Positions 39,403-49,935 are shown, numbered from the stretch's first letter. The stretch: 64,000 nt of DNA from Vicinamibacteria bacterium (GCA_964291235.2 OZ219816.1:512001-576000), one strand, 5' to 3'. Notes: generated from the sequence alone by a model not told the origin. A program made the numbers and translations.

Positions 39403-40359
39403 TCAGCGCGCCGGGACGGCGCGCGTTTGGGTGAGGCCGAGGGCCGCGCGTGCCTTGCGGACGGTGCGCTCGGCGTAGTCGCGGGGGTTGTGCTTGTCCT
39501 GGCGCGTCTTCTCGAGGTGAGCGACGAGGCACCGGGGCGAGGTCCCGCGACGGAGTTGGTCTTTGACGTAGGCCCAGTCCCGGTCGGATTGGGAGAGTCC
39601 GCGCCGGGCGGTGTTCCTGGCGCGGCGGACGGGCGCGGTTTTCTCCGGTGGCGGCAGGTGCGCGAACAGTTCCGGCCGGACCGGGCCGCCGTCGTGCGGG
39701 GTCCAGACGACCGCGGCGTCGTCGCGTTCGGGCTTCTTGTTGCGGAAGCCCGGGAGTCGCATCACGCGGGCCACGTCGGCGACCGAGGAATCGCCGCCGT
39801 AGTGGCCAGCGAGTCTCCGCATGGCGTTCTCGGCGGCGTCGGGGGTCCAGGCCCCCGGGTCGGTGTGCCAGACGATCTGGTAGTTCTGGCGGGAAGAGCG
39901 AATGACGGCTGCCGGAGAGGGAAGCTGGCCGGCGTTCACGTCCGCGAGTACCCGCCGGAGGGAGTCGGGGCCGGTCTTGTCCAGGTCGAGCTGGAGGCGG
40001 CGCACTTCGAGCACGTCGGCCTTTTCGCGCGACTGGGTTTTCGGCCGAATGGGATTCATGGACACGAAGATGTCGTGCCCTGTCGCATTCCGGTGGCGCA
40101 GGAACCGCTGATAGCCGGGACGTGTGGCCGCGCGCGCCGTCACGACGCGCTGTTCTACTTTCGGGTCCGGCCCGTGCCGGCCGACCGCGACGATGGCCAG
40201 CCGGTCGTCGGGCTGGTAGAGGGCGTTGAGGTAATCCACCGCAGGATTCGCCCTACGAGGGGACACGGGCGGACCCTTGGGGATTCCGTCGGCGGCGTCT
40301 GCTGGCATGACTCGCGTGCGATGGCGAACTCGAACCCGAAAGGAAGCGGTGCCGGTCAT
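39403..40359 (-). CDS. RepB-type DNA primase domain protein
   Basis: IFVSMNP, LQLDLD, IRSSRQNYQIVW, GGD..ADVARVMRLPGFRNKK, C-terminal SQSDRDW..DYAERTV.KA. Confidence 0.85.
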   Translation of the reverse strand: MTGTASFRVRVRHRTRVMPADAADGIPKGPPVSPRRANPAVDYLNALYQPDDRLAIVAVGRHGPDPKVEQRVVTARAATRPGYQRFLRHRNATGHDIFVSMNPIRPKTQSREKADVLEVRRLQLDLDKTGPDSLRRVLADVNAGQLPSPAAVIRSSRQNYQIVWHTDPGAWTPDAAENAMRRLAGHYGGDSSVADVARVMRLPGFRNKKPERDDAAVVWTPHDGGPVRPELFAHLPPPEKTAPVRRARNTARRGLSQSDRDWAYVKDQLRRGTSPRCLVAHLEKTRQDKHNPRDYAERTVRKARAALGLTQTRAVPAR

Positions 40360-40619
40360 TCGCGAGGCCGACCTGGGACGGGCGGCGATACGTGAGCGGT
40401 GTCGGCGGACCGGCCGATCTCTCCTCTCGCCCGCGGGCGCCCGGCCAGCCAGGCGGCGAGTTCGTGTTCAGGCCAGCGGACGGCCCGCGGCCCGACGCGG
40501 ATTGGGACGGGAAACAGTCCCTTGCGCATCAGGCGATAGATCGTTGAGCGGCCGATCTGGCAGTAGCGCTCCACGTCAACGCGGCGAAGCAAGCGTTCGT
40601 GTGTGGTCATCTCGGGCAC
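40356..40619 (-). CDS. alpA: AlpA-family regulator / excisionase
   Basis: LLRRVDVERYCQIGRSTIYRLMRKGLFPVPIRVGPRAVRW...AWL. Confidence 0.9.
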   Translation of the reverse strand: MPEMTTHERLLRRVDVERYCQIGRSTIYRLMRKGLFPVPIRVGPRAVRWPEHELAAWLAGRPRARGEIGRSADTAHVSPPVPGRPRE

Positions 40620-40678
40620 TTCCCCCTGCTGGAGAGAGCCCGAACGATGCTGAGTGGCCCCAGGCGAGCGTTACCAGC

Positions 40679-41359
40679 CTATCCGTGGATAGACTGGCAA
40701 TTGACGGTTGAGTGCGCTTTCGGCGGCCAGCACTCCCATGGGGCCGGGAGTTGCGGGTCCTGCGTTTTCGCCGAGTGGATCGCGTCCTTCACAGCGTTCT
40801 CGCTCTTGTCGAGTTCGTCCGCGATCACGTAGTAGGCCGCCATCCTCCCCAGCCCAAGATTGACGAGGACGCCGAACGTGTATGCGATCCACAGGTTTCG
40901 GGCGTCCTTCGCGTAGTGGGGTTGCCCCCGGTTGCCGCGCATCTGGACCGGCTTGGACCATGTTCCCCGGCGCACCGCGATGTCCCAGTCCGCGAGCATG
41001 GCGGGCCACCAGCGGCGCTCTTCCTGAATCCGGATCGCGATTTCGTTCAGGGCTGTCCAGTAGTCGAGGTCGTGTTGGCTGGCGCCGATCATATTGCGGA
41101 GCTTCTCCGTCTGGCGCGCCGCGCCCCACTCCTCACGCATCGCGAACCAGTTCCGAGCCTCCCGCGGACCCCGTGGGGGAATGTCCGATAGGTCCTCCCC
41201 GGAGAGCAGGTACCGCACGACATAGCGGGCCTCTTCCTCGGCGTCTACCCTGTCCAGCCCCTCGCAGAGGAGGGCATTGTGCTCGTGCGGCGTTACTGGT
41301 TTTCCCCGGAGCGACTGCCGGATTGCGCGCATCCATCGGGCCCTGCGTTCTTCGTTCAT
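40679..41359 (-). CDS. Hypothetical protein upstream of alpA
   Basis: Open 226-codon frame with a C-terminal HTH-like segment (VIADELDKSENAVKDAI). Confidence 0.55.
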   Translation of the reverse strand: MNEERRARWMRAIRQSLRGKPVTPHEHNALLCEGLDRVDAEEEARYVVRYLLSGEDLSDIPPRGPREARNWFAMREEWGAARQTEKLRNMIGASQHDLDYWTALNEIAIRIQEERRWWPAMLADWDIAVRRGTWSKPVQMRGNRGQPHYAKDARNLWIAYTFGVLVNLGLGRMAAYYVIADELDKSENAVKDAIHSAKTQDPQLPAPWECWPPKAHSTVNCQSIHG

Positions 41360-42672
41360 GGCGCTTCCCGTCCTTGCCCTCGGGTGCCGTGAGCCAGCTG
41401 GGGCGCTCGGGACCAAGAAGTTGACGAGCGCGGTCGCCCCGACTAGGCTCGGAGAGCGTAGTCGGGGCGGTAGGGCAGATCTGCTCTGCGCTAGGCTTGG
41501 GTGCCGGAGGGACGGTGAGCGGAATCGAAGGCACGACGTTTTGGTGGCATCGGAGTGTCCTCAAGAAGGCCCACCGGAAGACCACTGGCTTCTAGCCCGA
41601 GGGCAAGCTATCGAGGTCTATACGACGTTCAAGGAAGAGCTCAAGTGGCCGTCAGCCGCTACGGGAAGGAGCCGTACATGGTCCGGCATGTCAGGCAGAC
41701 TCCTACCGTGCTTCCAAGCAGCAGCAGGATGCCCTACGAACAAGCGGTTCGGTTGGGCTATTACTCACGCGGTGAACTGCAGGCCAAGGCTGCTACCGTT
41801 GTTGTGTCGGTAGGGCTTCAGGATCTGACCTTCTCCGACTACGCGGCCGTGGAGAAGGAGGGCGTCTAGTCATAAGCCAACATCAGGCAATTAGTGCATC
41901 GAGCGTGCCGATGGTTGGCATCTTGGCAACACCCGCGATACCCGACTTCAGGCTGCACGGGTTAGTGTTTTTCGTCGACGCGCAACTTGAAGCTGGCCTC
42001 CCGTACACGGCAATGGTCGCTAACGTCTGCCTCGCTGATCCGACGGTCCGCTACCGTGGCAGATCTCGCCGCGTGGCGCTGGAGGCTAAGTTGAATTGCC
42101 TAGGTGTGCACGCAGCAGTTGTTGATCCGAGCCCTCTTTCCGAGGTTTGTTCGTGTAGGCAACCAATCAAGTTCGCGGGGGATCCGCGTGAGAATCGACA
42201 GCTATTCCAGCCTCATGCCGGGAAATCGGAGCACCGGGCTCGCCGCGTCCCGAAGGAAGGGCTTCCGGTTGTGGCAGCGCCCAACGTGACGGCGGTCAGG
42301 CTGTCCGGAGGCATCAAGCTAACGTCTTGGACCATCCTGCAGCACATCTGATGTGGCTTCCGACCACTGAGCGTTGCGGTTCTTGGTTGCCAAGATGATG
42401 AACAGTTGGCCATGGCACGCCGATCTGTCATAGAGCAGTGGGTGACGTCCCGGATCGGAGCCGAGATCGACCGACCGAACGGTGCTCACCGGATGAACTG
42501 GTGAAGGATCGTGTGGTTCGGAACCCCGGGAGGAGCCGTTCCATTGTTTGGAGGTGTGCCGGTAGTCGGGGCGCTATCCCAGTCGATCCACTGACAGCCC
42601 GTCGAGTGCGTAGCTGAAGGCGTACTCGCGAACTTCTCTCCTGTTAGCAGCGGGTACGACCCGCGGTGCCGG

Positions 42673-44814
42673 TCACCGGTCCGCAGTGTCGAGTCGTCTG
42701 AAGTGACGAACGTACGCCTGGTACCGATCCCGAATCTGATGCACGTATTTCTTTACCTCCGAGCCGCGTACGTAACCATACACGGACCGATTGGAATACC
42801 GGGACTCGCTAAGCTTGACCATTGCCTCCTCGACGTTGCCGAACCACTTTGACGGGTCGAGCCCTAACGAGCTAGCCAGACGCCCGGCGTCCCGTACGTG
42901 GCCGTACCCTGCGTTATAGGCGGCCAGCGCGAACCAAAGTTGTTCGCCCGGCGGAAGGTTGGCGAAGCGTGCACGGCACCAGGCGAGATACCGCACCCCC
43001 GCTTCAATCCCCACCCGGGGGTCCGCGAGCTGCGTCGGGTCCATTCCCAAGTCACGGGCTGTGCGGGGCAGAACCTGTAGTAAGCCTAGCGCTCCTGCAA
43101 AGCTGACAACTCCGGGATCGAACCCGCTTTCCTGGTACATCTGGGCCACGAGCAGACGCCAGTCGAAGCCTTCCGCCTCGGCTATTGTCCTGACGAGGCC
43201 ATCGAACTGCGAAAGCTGGCGCCCGATAACGCGATGCGCGCGCCTGGTCTGCTCAGCGCGACGGTCTGCGAAATACTTGTTGTAGAGAAGGTTGAATTCC
43301 CGCCCGCGGTAGCCGGCATCGAGGAAGGCATCCAACTGCCGTTTCAGGTCATTCCTCTCGGGACCGACCGCCCAAACGAGTGGCACCGGGGCCCCAAGGC
43401 CAAAACCTAGGATCAGCCTCGGATCGAAGCCCGCCTCCAGTTGAGCCCGGTGGCGCTCGATGAGAGTCACCTCCAGGTCGCCGTCTGCCACTCCTCCCAG
43501 AATCCTTTCGCTGGACAGATCCGCTTCCTCGACGATGAAGGCTCCGTCCAACGCGGACAGCGCCGTGGCGTAACCCGCCCCTCGGGGAACAGTCACGGTT
43601 CGGCCCGCCAAGTCAGCCGGCGTCTTGATCGACTCTCCGGTCGACACGAAGATCTCAGAAGCCTCAAGATACGGGCGGGTGAAGAGCACGCCTTGATCGG
43701 ATCGCTGGGCGGTGGCAACCCACTCGGCAGCGACCAGATCTCCTCGCCCGGCGACAAGTTCATCGATCAGTTCCGTGTGATTTCCCGCGACGACCACAGA
43801 AAGGTCTAATCCGTGGGCACTTGCGAACATCCTCACCAACTCGTACTGGAACCCAAGCTGTTCTCCACGCCATAGGTAGTACGTCGACGGCGAACTGAGC
43901 GTCAGCATTCGCAATTGGCCGGAGGCGCGGATGGCGTCCCAGTCACGCGGGCCGTCGCCGACGTCGTAAACGGTGTGGCGTTCCGTCAGAAAGCGGTCGA
44001 GAGCGAACCGCAGATCGGGGTTTTCCGGGCGCACCGCCCAGGCGAGCTGGCGCAACTCGGGTAGTTCGCGCAGCTTGTGGATCTCCGGACTGCTTCGGAC
44101 CACGATGCGCGCGGCGGCCTCGTCCATGATCGTGGCCTCGAACGCGCCTGCCTCTATGAGTTCTTGGATGCCCTGATGGTCCGCGTCAACGGGAACGGCT
44201 GCGCGGGGCGCGTCTGGATAGTGCGTGGCGAGACTCGCCTCGTAGGCCGACCCCGGGATGACCCCGAAGCGCCCTAGCGAGCGCCCGATCACCCATTCGC
44301 GGGAGATCGTGAGCGGGATGGTGAAGGCGACCCGCGTCCGGCGCGGCTCGGTGACCGTCAGCGTTGCCGTTGCAACGTCGGCGCGGCCCGCTTCCAGGGC
44401 GGTGATTAGGCCCTCAATAGTCGGTAGCACGGTCCATTCCGCCCGCAGTCCTTGGCGCTCAGCGAATTGCTGTGCGAGAAGGAGATAGTTCTCTTCCGGC
44501 AGGCCCTGCGATGGCAAGGTTGTGAACTCCTCGGGACCCAAGCGAGCGAAACGAATGATCCCGCGCTCACGGATTGTCGGCCAATCGTCCCGCGTGCCCG
44601 TTGACACGTCGAAAGGGGTCACATCCGAATCCATGGGCCGACACCCGACAAGCAATAGCAGCGTCACAGCGGCGAACGCTGCGGGGCGGCGGCTATTGGA
44701 AAGTGGAACTGCGGCGCGCTCCGAACTCGGCTCGACGGATGCGGTCCCTAGGCAACAGGAACGGAATCGGTGTATCACGTCCCGTAACGATAGGTGTTCG
44801 CCGCAACAGGGCAC
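42673..44814 (-). CDS. mltF: MltF-like lytic transglycosylase (two periplasmic-binding domains + SLT domain), start uncertain
   Basis: Lipobox LVGC, DW..IR..G.LR repeats, DWRLLVAQMYQESGFDP..SFAGALGLLQV, ALAAYNAGYGHVRDA. Confidence 0.85.
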   Translation of the reverse strand: MPCCGEHLSLRDVIHRFRSCCLGTASVEPSSERAAVPLSNSRRPAAFAAVTLLLLVGCRPMDSDVTPFDVSTGTRDDWPTIRERGIIRFARLGPEEFTTLPSQGLPEENYLLLAQQFAERQGLRAEWTVLPTIEGLITALEAGRADVATATLTVTEPRRTRVAFTIPLTISREWVIGRSLGRFGVIPGSAYEASLATHYPDAPRAAVPVDADHQGIQELIEAGAFEATIMDEAAARIVVRSSPEIHKLRELPELRQLAWAVRPENPDLRFALDRFLTERHTVYDVGDGPRDWDAIRASGQLRMLTLSSPSTYYLWRGEQLGFQYELVRMFASAHGLDLSVVVAGNHTELIDELVAGRGDLVAAEWVATAQRSDQGVLFTRPYLEASEIFVSTGESIKTPADLAGRTVTVPRGAGYATALSALDGAFIVEEADLSSERILGGVADGDLEVTLIERHRAQLEAGFDPRLILGFGLGAPVPLVWAVGPERNDLKRQLDAFLDAGYRGREFNLLYNKYFADRRAEQTRRAHRVIGRQLSQFDGLVRTIAEAEGFDWRLLVAQMYQESGFDPGVVSFAGALGLLQVLPRTARDLGMDPTQLADPRVGIEAGVRYLAWCRARFANLPPGEQLWFALAAYNAGYGHVRDAGRLASSLGLDPSKWFGNVEEAMVKLSESRYSNRSVYGYVRGSEVKKYVHQIRDRYQAYVRHFRRLDTADR

Positions 44815-45132
44815 ATGGGCCAGCCGCCAGTCTAAACCGTCAGCATACGACTGAACAACGTGCCGAGTTTACACATCCAGTGTCGGTGGTGCGTCAGTTT
44901 AGCTGACGCACCACCCGCGAAGGCGTTCCTCAATCCAGGCCGCGTATTCCCCGCGAAGAGGGGCAGAGCTTCAGAAATCCGTCTCTCCGAGATCGAACCC
45001 TCGCCACGGCATCCCGCTTGCGCCGCCCGATGTTTACAAACGCGACGCAGAGATGTCAAATGCAGACGTAGCAACCTCGCAGCCCGGCTAGGGCGGCTCT
45101 GCCCTCTTCGCTCTCCCAACCAGGTACGTGGC

Positions 45133-45222
45133 TCACTGCTCCATGAGCGTCCAGCGCCGCTCGAACAGATCCGTCCGCCGGTAGGCCGCCTCGATGCTTG
45201 TCTTGTGGTCACATGAGTTAGG
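45133..45222 (-). pseudogene. Tyrosine integrase 3' remnant (subfamily B)
   Basis: IEAAYRRTDLFERRWTLMEQ*. Confidence 0.8.
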
Positions 45223-45277
45223 GATCTTGATTGGTACTGTCATTTTGGCTGCCGAGTTCGGGTCGGTGCAGGGCTCC

Positions 45278-45886
45278 ATGAGCACCGGGACCTCGTGGTG
45301 TCGGCATGCGGTCGCCTGCATGTCGTTCGCCACAGCGCTGTTGTTCCCTTCCTCCGCGTGCGAGCCGGCCGGAGATAACGGCGCGAGTGTTGCGGTGGCA
45401 CGGCGTGAGACTGCCCCGGACGACGGCGCTCCCCCGGGAAGTGTTCCCGCAACAGGTCCGGTCATCGCCGTGTCGGCGGACAGGAGTCCGGGAGGGTTGC
45501 TGGTGGAGGCCGGCGCGCAGCTTGCGGCGCTGGACCAGAACGGAAACTCCGGCCTGACCAACGCCGCTCTCTTTGGAAACGCCGAGGCGGTAACGCTCCT
45601 GGTGAGCGAGGGCACCGACCCGAACGCCCATTCGGAACCGAATAGCCTCACACCGCTGCAAGCCATCTGTCGGGGTGAGCGATGGGCCTTTCGGGCCGGA
45701 ACCGAGGTTCGTTGCGAAGGAAGAGGAACGGTACACGGCAGCCTGGGTGCTCATCCACGCCGGAGGCGATCCGCACTTCTCTCCCGAGGGTCCTGCCATG
45801 CGTCGTGCTCGCGGAAGGCATCGGCGGTGCAATTGGGCGGTTGTACGCCGGGAAATCGACCAATCGCCGAACAGGGGCGGCGCTAG
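45278..45886 (+). pseudogene. Degenerate ankyrin-repeat protein, paralogous to 5658-6428
   Basis: LLVEAGAQLAALD..GNSGLTNAALFGNAEAVTLLVSEGTDPNAHSEPNSLTPL versus AALFGRAAAVAFLLESGADPNAHTEPNNQTPL. The frame is lost afterwards. Confidence 0.7.
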
Positions 45887-46019
45887 CTCTCTGCTGTCCG
45901 AGTCCTCTCGAAGCCCGTCAAAACGGAACCCCGATCCTGCCGGGAGACGAGCTTGTGCCGCGTTGCCGGTCGCGACCTGAGCCCCCGACCGAGTCCGCCT
46001 TAGCGGCTCAAGAACAATC

Positions 46020-46220
46020 CCTAGAACTCCAAGAGAGCCCGCCGCCGCTCGAACAGATCCGTGCTGCGTTAGGCCGCATCGGTGGCGTTCGTGCTCATGT
46101 GCGCCAGCGCCAGTTTACAGACCTCGCGCGGCGCGCCGGAACACTCTGCCGCCCAATCCCGAAAGCTCGAACGGAACCCGTGCGGGACCGCCCCGATCCC
46201 CAGATCTCGGACCAGCTTGG
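46020..46220 (-). pseudogene. Tyrosine integrase 3' remnant (subfamily B)
   Basis: GIGAVPHGFRSSFRDWAAECSGAPREVCKLALAH..AA*RSTDLFERRRAL. Confidence 0.8.
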
Positions 46221-46658
46221 CGCGAGTCCCCCGACGAACGTAAAGCAGCCTATCGGGCGATAGGCGATAAACTTGGGGCTCTCCGGCCGTCTAGCGAGCG
46301 ACCTGCCTTCCGAGTCCCCAACCCCGGTGAGGAATGCGGCTAGCCACCTGATCCCGGAAGGAGGAAAGGAGACATGACGAAGGAGTGCGGGTCCCCGCTC
46401 TTTCGCGAGACTCAAAGACCCTTGGGGGAAACGGATCGCCAAAGGGACTACGGCAGGCAAGCCGTGCTCTCGCCCACGCCGCGTCGCTAACATGCGCCAC
46501 CCGGGGCCTCAGCGGCACTTCTTGCGCGCACGGTGCCCGTCCCGGCTTGAGATAATCGACGGTTATGAGGATGCCGTTCGCGGAATCGGGACGGCAACTC
46601 GCGGGAGACTAGCGCCAGCGATGCCGCACTCGTGGAACGATGTGGAGGCCAGTCCGTG

Positions 46659-47765
46659 ATGTCGGTTGGGCGACGGTCGCTCGCTGCAACCTTTATCCTC
46701 GCGACCCTTTCCCCGTCCGGATTTACCGGCTGTTGGTATCCCGAAGCCCCGAAGGAGTTGACGGCGGTCTCGTGGGGTGGCTATTACACCGAGGCGAGTG
46801 CGGAGGCGTACTACCGGCCGTTCGAAGAGAGCACTGGATTCACGGTTCGGCAGTTGACGTACAGCGGCGGGCTCGACGAGATTCGGGAACAGGTCACCTC
46901 CGGCGACATCGAGTGGGATGTCGTGGACCTAGAGATCTTCGACGCGGTCCGTGGCTGCAACGAAGGATTGCTGGAGCCGATCCCCTGGGTGATGTTGGCG
47001 CCCGCCGCGAACGGCACGCTGCCGGAGGAAGACTTCCTGGAGGACACGACGACGGAGTGCGGTGTAGGCGCTTCGGTGTACTCGACGATCTACGCATACG
47101 ACGGGGAGCGTTTCCCCCGTGAGAAGCCCACCACAGTTGCCGACTTCTTCGACGTTACGCGCTTCCCGGGGCGGCGCGGCATGCGACGCTCGCCTCAGGT
47201 AAATCTGGAGTTTGCCCTGATGGCTGACGACGTCCCGCCAGCGCGGGTGTACGATGCGCTCCGGACGCCAGCCGGTCAGGAGAGGGCATTTCGCAAGCTG
47301 GACGGCCTGCGCGATCACATCCGCTGGTGGGTGGAAGCGGACGATCCGGTTGAGATGCTCGCCGCCGGAGAGGTCGCGATGACGACCTCGTTCAACGGCC
47401 GGATGTTTCACGCCCGGTTTGTGCAGGGACACCAATTCACCATCGTCTGGCGCGGCCAGGTGGTGGACATCGGCCAGCAGGGGATTGTTCGCGGCACGCC
47501 GCGGCTCGCACAGGCGTTCCGGTTCGTGCGCCTCGGCTCCTCGGCTGAGGCCATCGCGACGCTCTCGCGCCACACGGCGTACAGCCCTTCGCGTAAGTCG
47601 GCGCTGCCGCTGGTAACCACGCACGTCGAGTCGGGGGTGGAGCTCGGGCCGCACCTGCCGGGCGCGCCCGAGAACATGGAGCACGCGCTTCGCAGCGACT
47701 GGCGCTGGTGGAGCGACAACTTCGACGAGATGAACGACCGGTTCCAAAGGTGGCTCGATAGGTAG
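46659..47765 (+). CDS. Orphan ABC transporter substrate-binding protein (PotD/PotF-like)
   Basis: VSWGG.Y, WDVVD, DFFDVTRFPGRRGMR, LEFALMADDV, NGR. No permease nearby. Confidence 0.85.
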   Translation: MSVGRRSLAATFILATLSPSGFTGCWYPEAPKELTAVSWGGYYTEASAEAYYRPFEESTGFTVRQLTYSGGLDEIREQVTSGDIEWDVVDLEIFDAVRGCNEGLLEPIPWVMLAPAANGTLPEEDFLEDTTTECGVGASVYSTIYAYDGERFPREKPTTVADFFDVTRFPGRRGMRRSPQVNLEFALMADDVPPARVYDALRTPAGQERAFRKLDGLRDHIRWWVEADDPVEMLAAGEVAMTTSFNGRMFHARFVQGHQFTIVWRGQVVDIGQQGIVRGTPRLAQAFRFVRLGSSAEAIATLSRHTAYSPSRKSALPLVTTHVESGVELGPHLPGAPENMEHALRSDWRWWSDNFDEMNDRFQRWLDR

Positions 47766-47839
47766 CGAGATCCGTATCGAAGCCGAACGGTTCGCGCCGC
47801 GCTCGCGTCCGTTCTGACGCTCCCACCTCGATAGAGTCC

Positions 47840-48035
47840 TCAAGAAGGCGTCTCGGCAAGGAACGCAGCCCACTGCTCCATGAGCGCCCGCCGCCGCGCG
47901 AACAGGTCTGTCCGCCGATAGACGGCCTCGATGGCGTTCGCGTGCATGTGGGCCAGCGCCAGCTCGCACCCCTCCCGCGGGGCGTCGGACCACTCCGCCG
48001 CCCAGTCACGGAAGCTCGACCGGAACCCGTTTCAC
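47840..48035 (-). pseudogene. Tyrosine integrase 3' remnant (subfamily B)
   Basis: GFRSSFRDWAAEWSDAPREGCELALAH..AIEAVYRRTDLFARRRALMEQWAAFL. Confidence 0.85.
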
Positions 48036-48245
48036 GGACCCCTCAGCACGACTCGTCGGAAGGAGCCGCAGCCGCTCGAAGCGCGCGGGGCGGACCCTGC
48101 CGCCGAGCCCGATCGGCTCCATACGGCCATGTGGCCACCTGTTCCCCTAAATCACCGCGATGTGGCAAATCAAAGTATGATATGATGCTACTCTGGTGCC
48201 TATGCATCGCCCACTCCCAAAGTCCACGACGGCCCGAGCGAGATC

Positions 48246-48635
48246 GTGCGCACCGTAGTCCCGAAGGCCATGGGGGGCCGCCCAGGCAGCATCTCCATGA
48301 CAACGCTGGTCGTCCCCCACCGCTGCGACGGCGGCCCGGATCGCGTGGCCTTGGCGCTCGGGCTCAAGCAGTCTGGTTCGGAGTGGATTGGCGACTGTCC
48401 CGCGTGCGAGGGCTCTGAGGCGTTGGCAATCCGGGCGTCCCGCGAAGACCACCCCGAGCATTGCGTTTGCGTCTGCCAAGGAGCGTGCGTGGAGCCGACT
48501 GCCCTCCGCAACGCCCTTTCCCAAGCCCTCGGTCCGGATTCTCCCGCCCTCCCGGAGAGCAACAACGAGAGCAACAACGGAATCGCTGCCGAACACGTGA
48601 ATTTCGGCGGAGCGCTTCCCCGCAAACGCGACTGA
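48246..48635 (+). pseudogene. Primase zinc-binding-domain-like fragment
   Basis: LGLKQSGSEWIGDCPACEG...C.C..QGAC resembles P4-alpha-type primase zinc ribbons. No catalytic domain follows. Confidence 0.5.
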
Positions 48636-48726
48636 GCCGAATCCCGGGAGGGCGTGCGTTCCACGCTTGGGTTGAGTCCGTGCGATCATCGAGTCTGAAC
48701 GCGCGGACGACGCCTCGGGGTCAGCC

Positions 48727-49764
48727 TCACGCCCCGACGTATTCCCCCCAAGCGTCCATCACCGGCCTGCGCTCATCGAACAGATCGGTCCGCCGATAAG
48801 CGCCTTCGGCGCCCTGGACGGCATGGGCCAGCGCGGCCTCCGCCAGCATCGGCGCGTTCCCCTGCTCGGCGCTCCAATCGCTGAACGTCGAGCGGAACCC
48901 GTGAACCGTCGCACGCTCGCCCACGCCCGCCGACCACAGCGCGTTCGTCAGCGCCATGTCCTTCAACTCCCGATCCCCCGAATGCCCGGGGAACACCAGT
49001 TCGCACCCCTTCCGGCTCCGCAACCGGCGGGCGCGCTCCAGGACCGCGACCGCCTCCGGACTCAGGGGAACGCGATGCTCCTTCCCGGCCTTCATACGCT
49101 CGCCGGGAAGCGTCCAGGTGCGGTTCTCCAAATCGACCTCCGACCAGCGCGCCTCCCGGGCCTCGCCGCTGCCCGCCGCCGTCAGGATCAGGAACCGGAG
49201 GCAGAGGCGGACCGCCGCCCGCGATCGCGACCCCTCCACCTTCGCCAGCAGTTCGCGCACCTCGGCGTGCGGCAGGGCGCGATGGCTCTTCGGACGGCGC
49301 CGCCGTTGCGGGAGGGCTCCCTCGATCGCCTCGCCCGCCACGTTCCGCTCGACGAACTCCCGCGCCTGCGCCCAGCCCAGCACGGTACGGATCTGCTGGC
49401 GCACCCGCTGGGCGGTGGTCGGCTTCCGATTCCACAGGTCGTCCTGGAAGAGCACCCGGAGCACGTCATCCCCGCGGATGGCGTCCACGCGCATCGGTCC
49501 GAGCGCGGGGAAGACATACCGCGCAAGCGTCCTCTCCCACACCCGGGCGTGCCCGTCGCCCCGCCAGTTCGCCCTCCGCTCCGCCAGCGTCCGCTCCGCC
49601 GCCTCCGAAAACGTGGGGGCGGCCCCGCGGCGGCGCTCCGCGATGGGGTCCTTCCCTTCCCACAGGGCGCGGCGGTTCTGGAGCGCGGCCATGCGGGCCT
49701 CGGCGAGCGGCACCAGGTCGAGGGGTCCGATGGTGATGTCCCGGCGGACCCCGTTGACAGTCAA
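48727..49764 (-). pseudogene. P4-type tyrosine integrase, 5'-truncated, catalytic Arg changed to Gly
   Basis: Near-identical to 56631-57779 up to ...GTCAAG, then diverges. TAAGSGE versus TAARSGE. Confidence 0.9.
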
Positions 49765-49935
49765 GGGGGTCCGCGCCGGTCGCACTCGTGACCCATTGAC
49801 TCCCTTGCGTTTACGGAGATCGATCCGCTGCGCCGGCCCCCGCCGCGGCCCCCCGCGCGGATGGGGGCTTACGGGGAGTTTTCAGCCTGCGCGGGAACTC
49901 TGACGCACTCTACGGGTAGGCGGACAGGGCCGAGC
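49763..49935 (+). repeat. Second attL-like arm, homologous to 2014-2186
   Basis: AAGGGGGTCCGC..CCATTGACT..GTTTACGG..CGATCC..GGCCCCC..GGCCCCCCGCGCGGATGG..AGCCTG.GCGGGAAC..CGCACTC..CAGGGCC.AGC occur colinearly in both arms. Confidence 0.85.

Noticed and set aside
42673-44814. MltF-like gene as the missing VirB1
   Set aside because: Its domain architecture is that of stand-alone MltF, it lies outside the transfer operon, and it follows an integrase remnant like other cargo.
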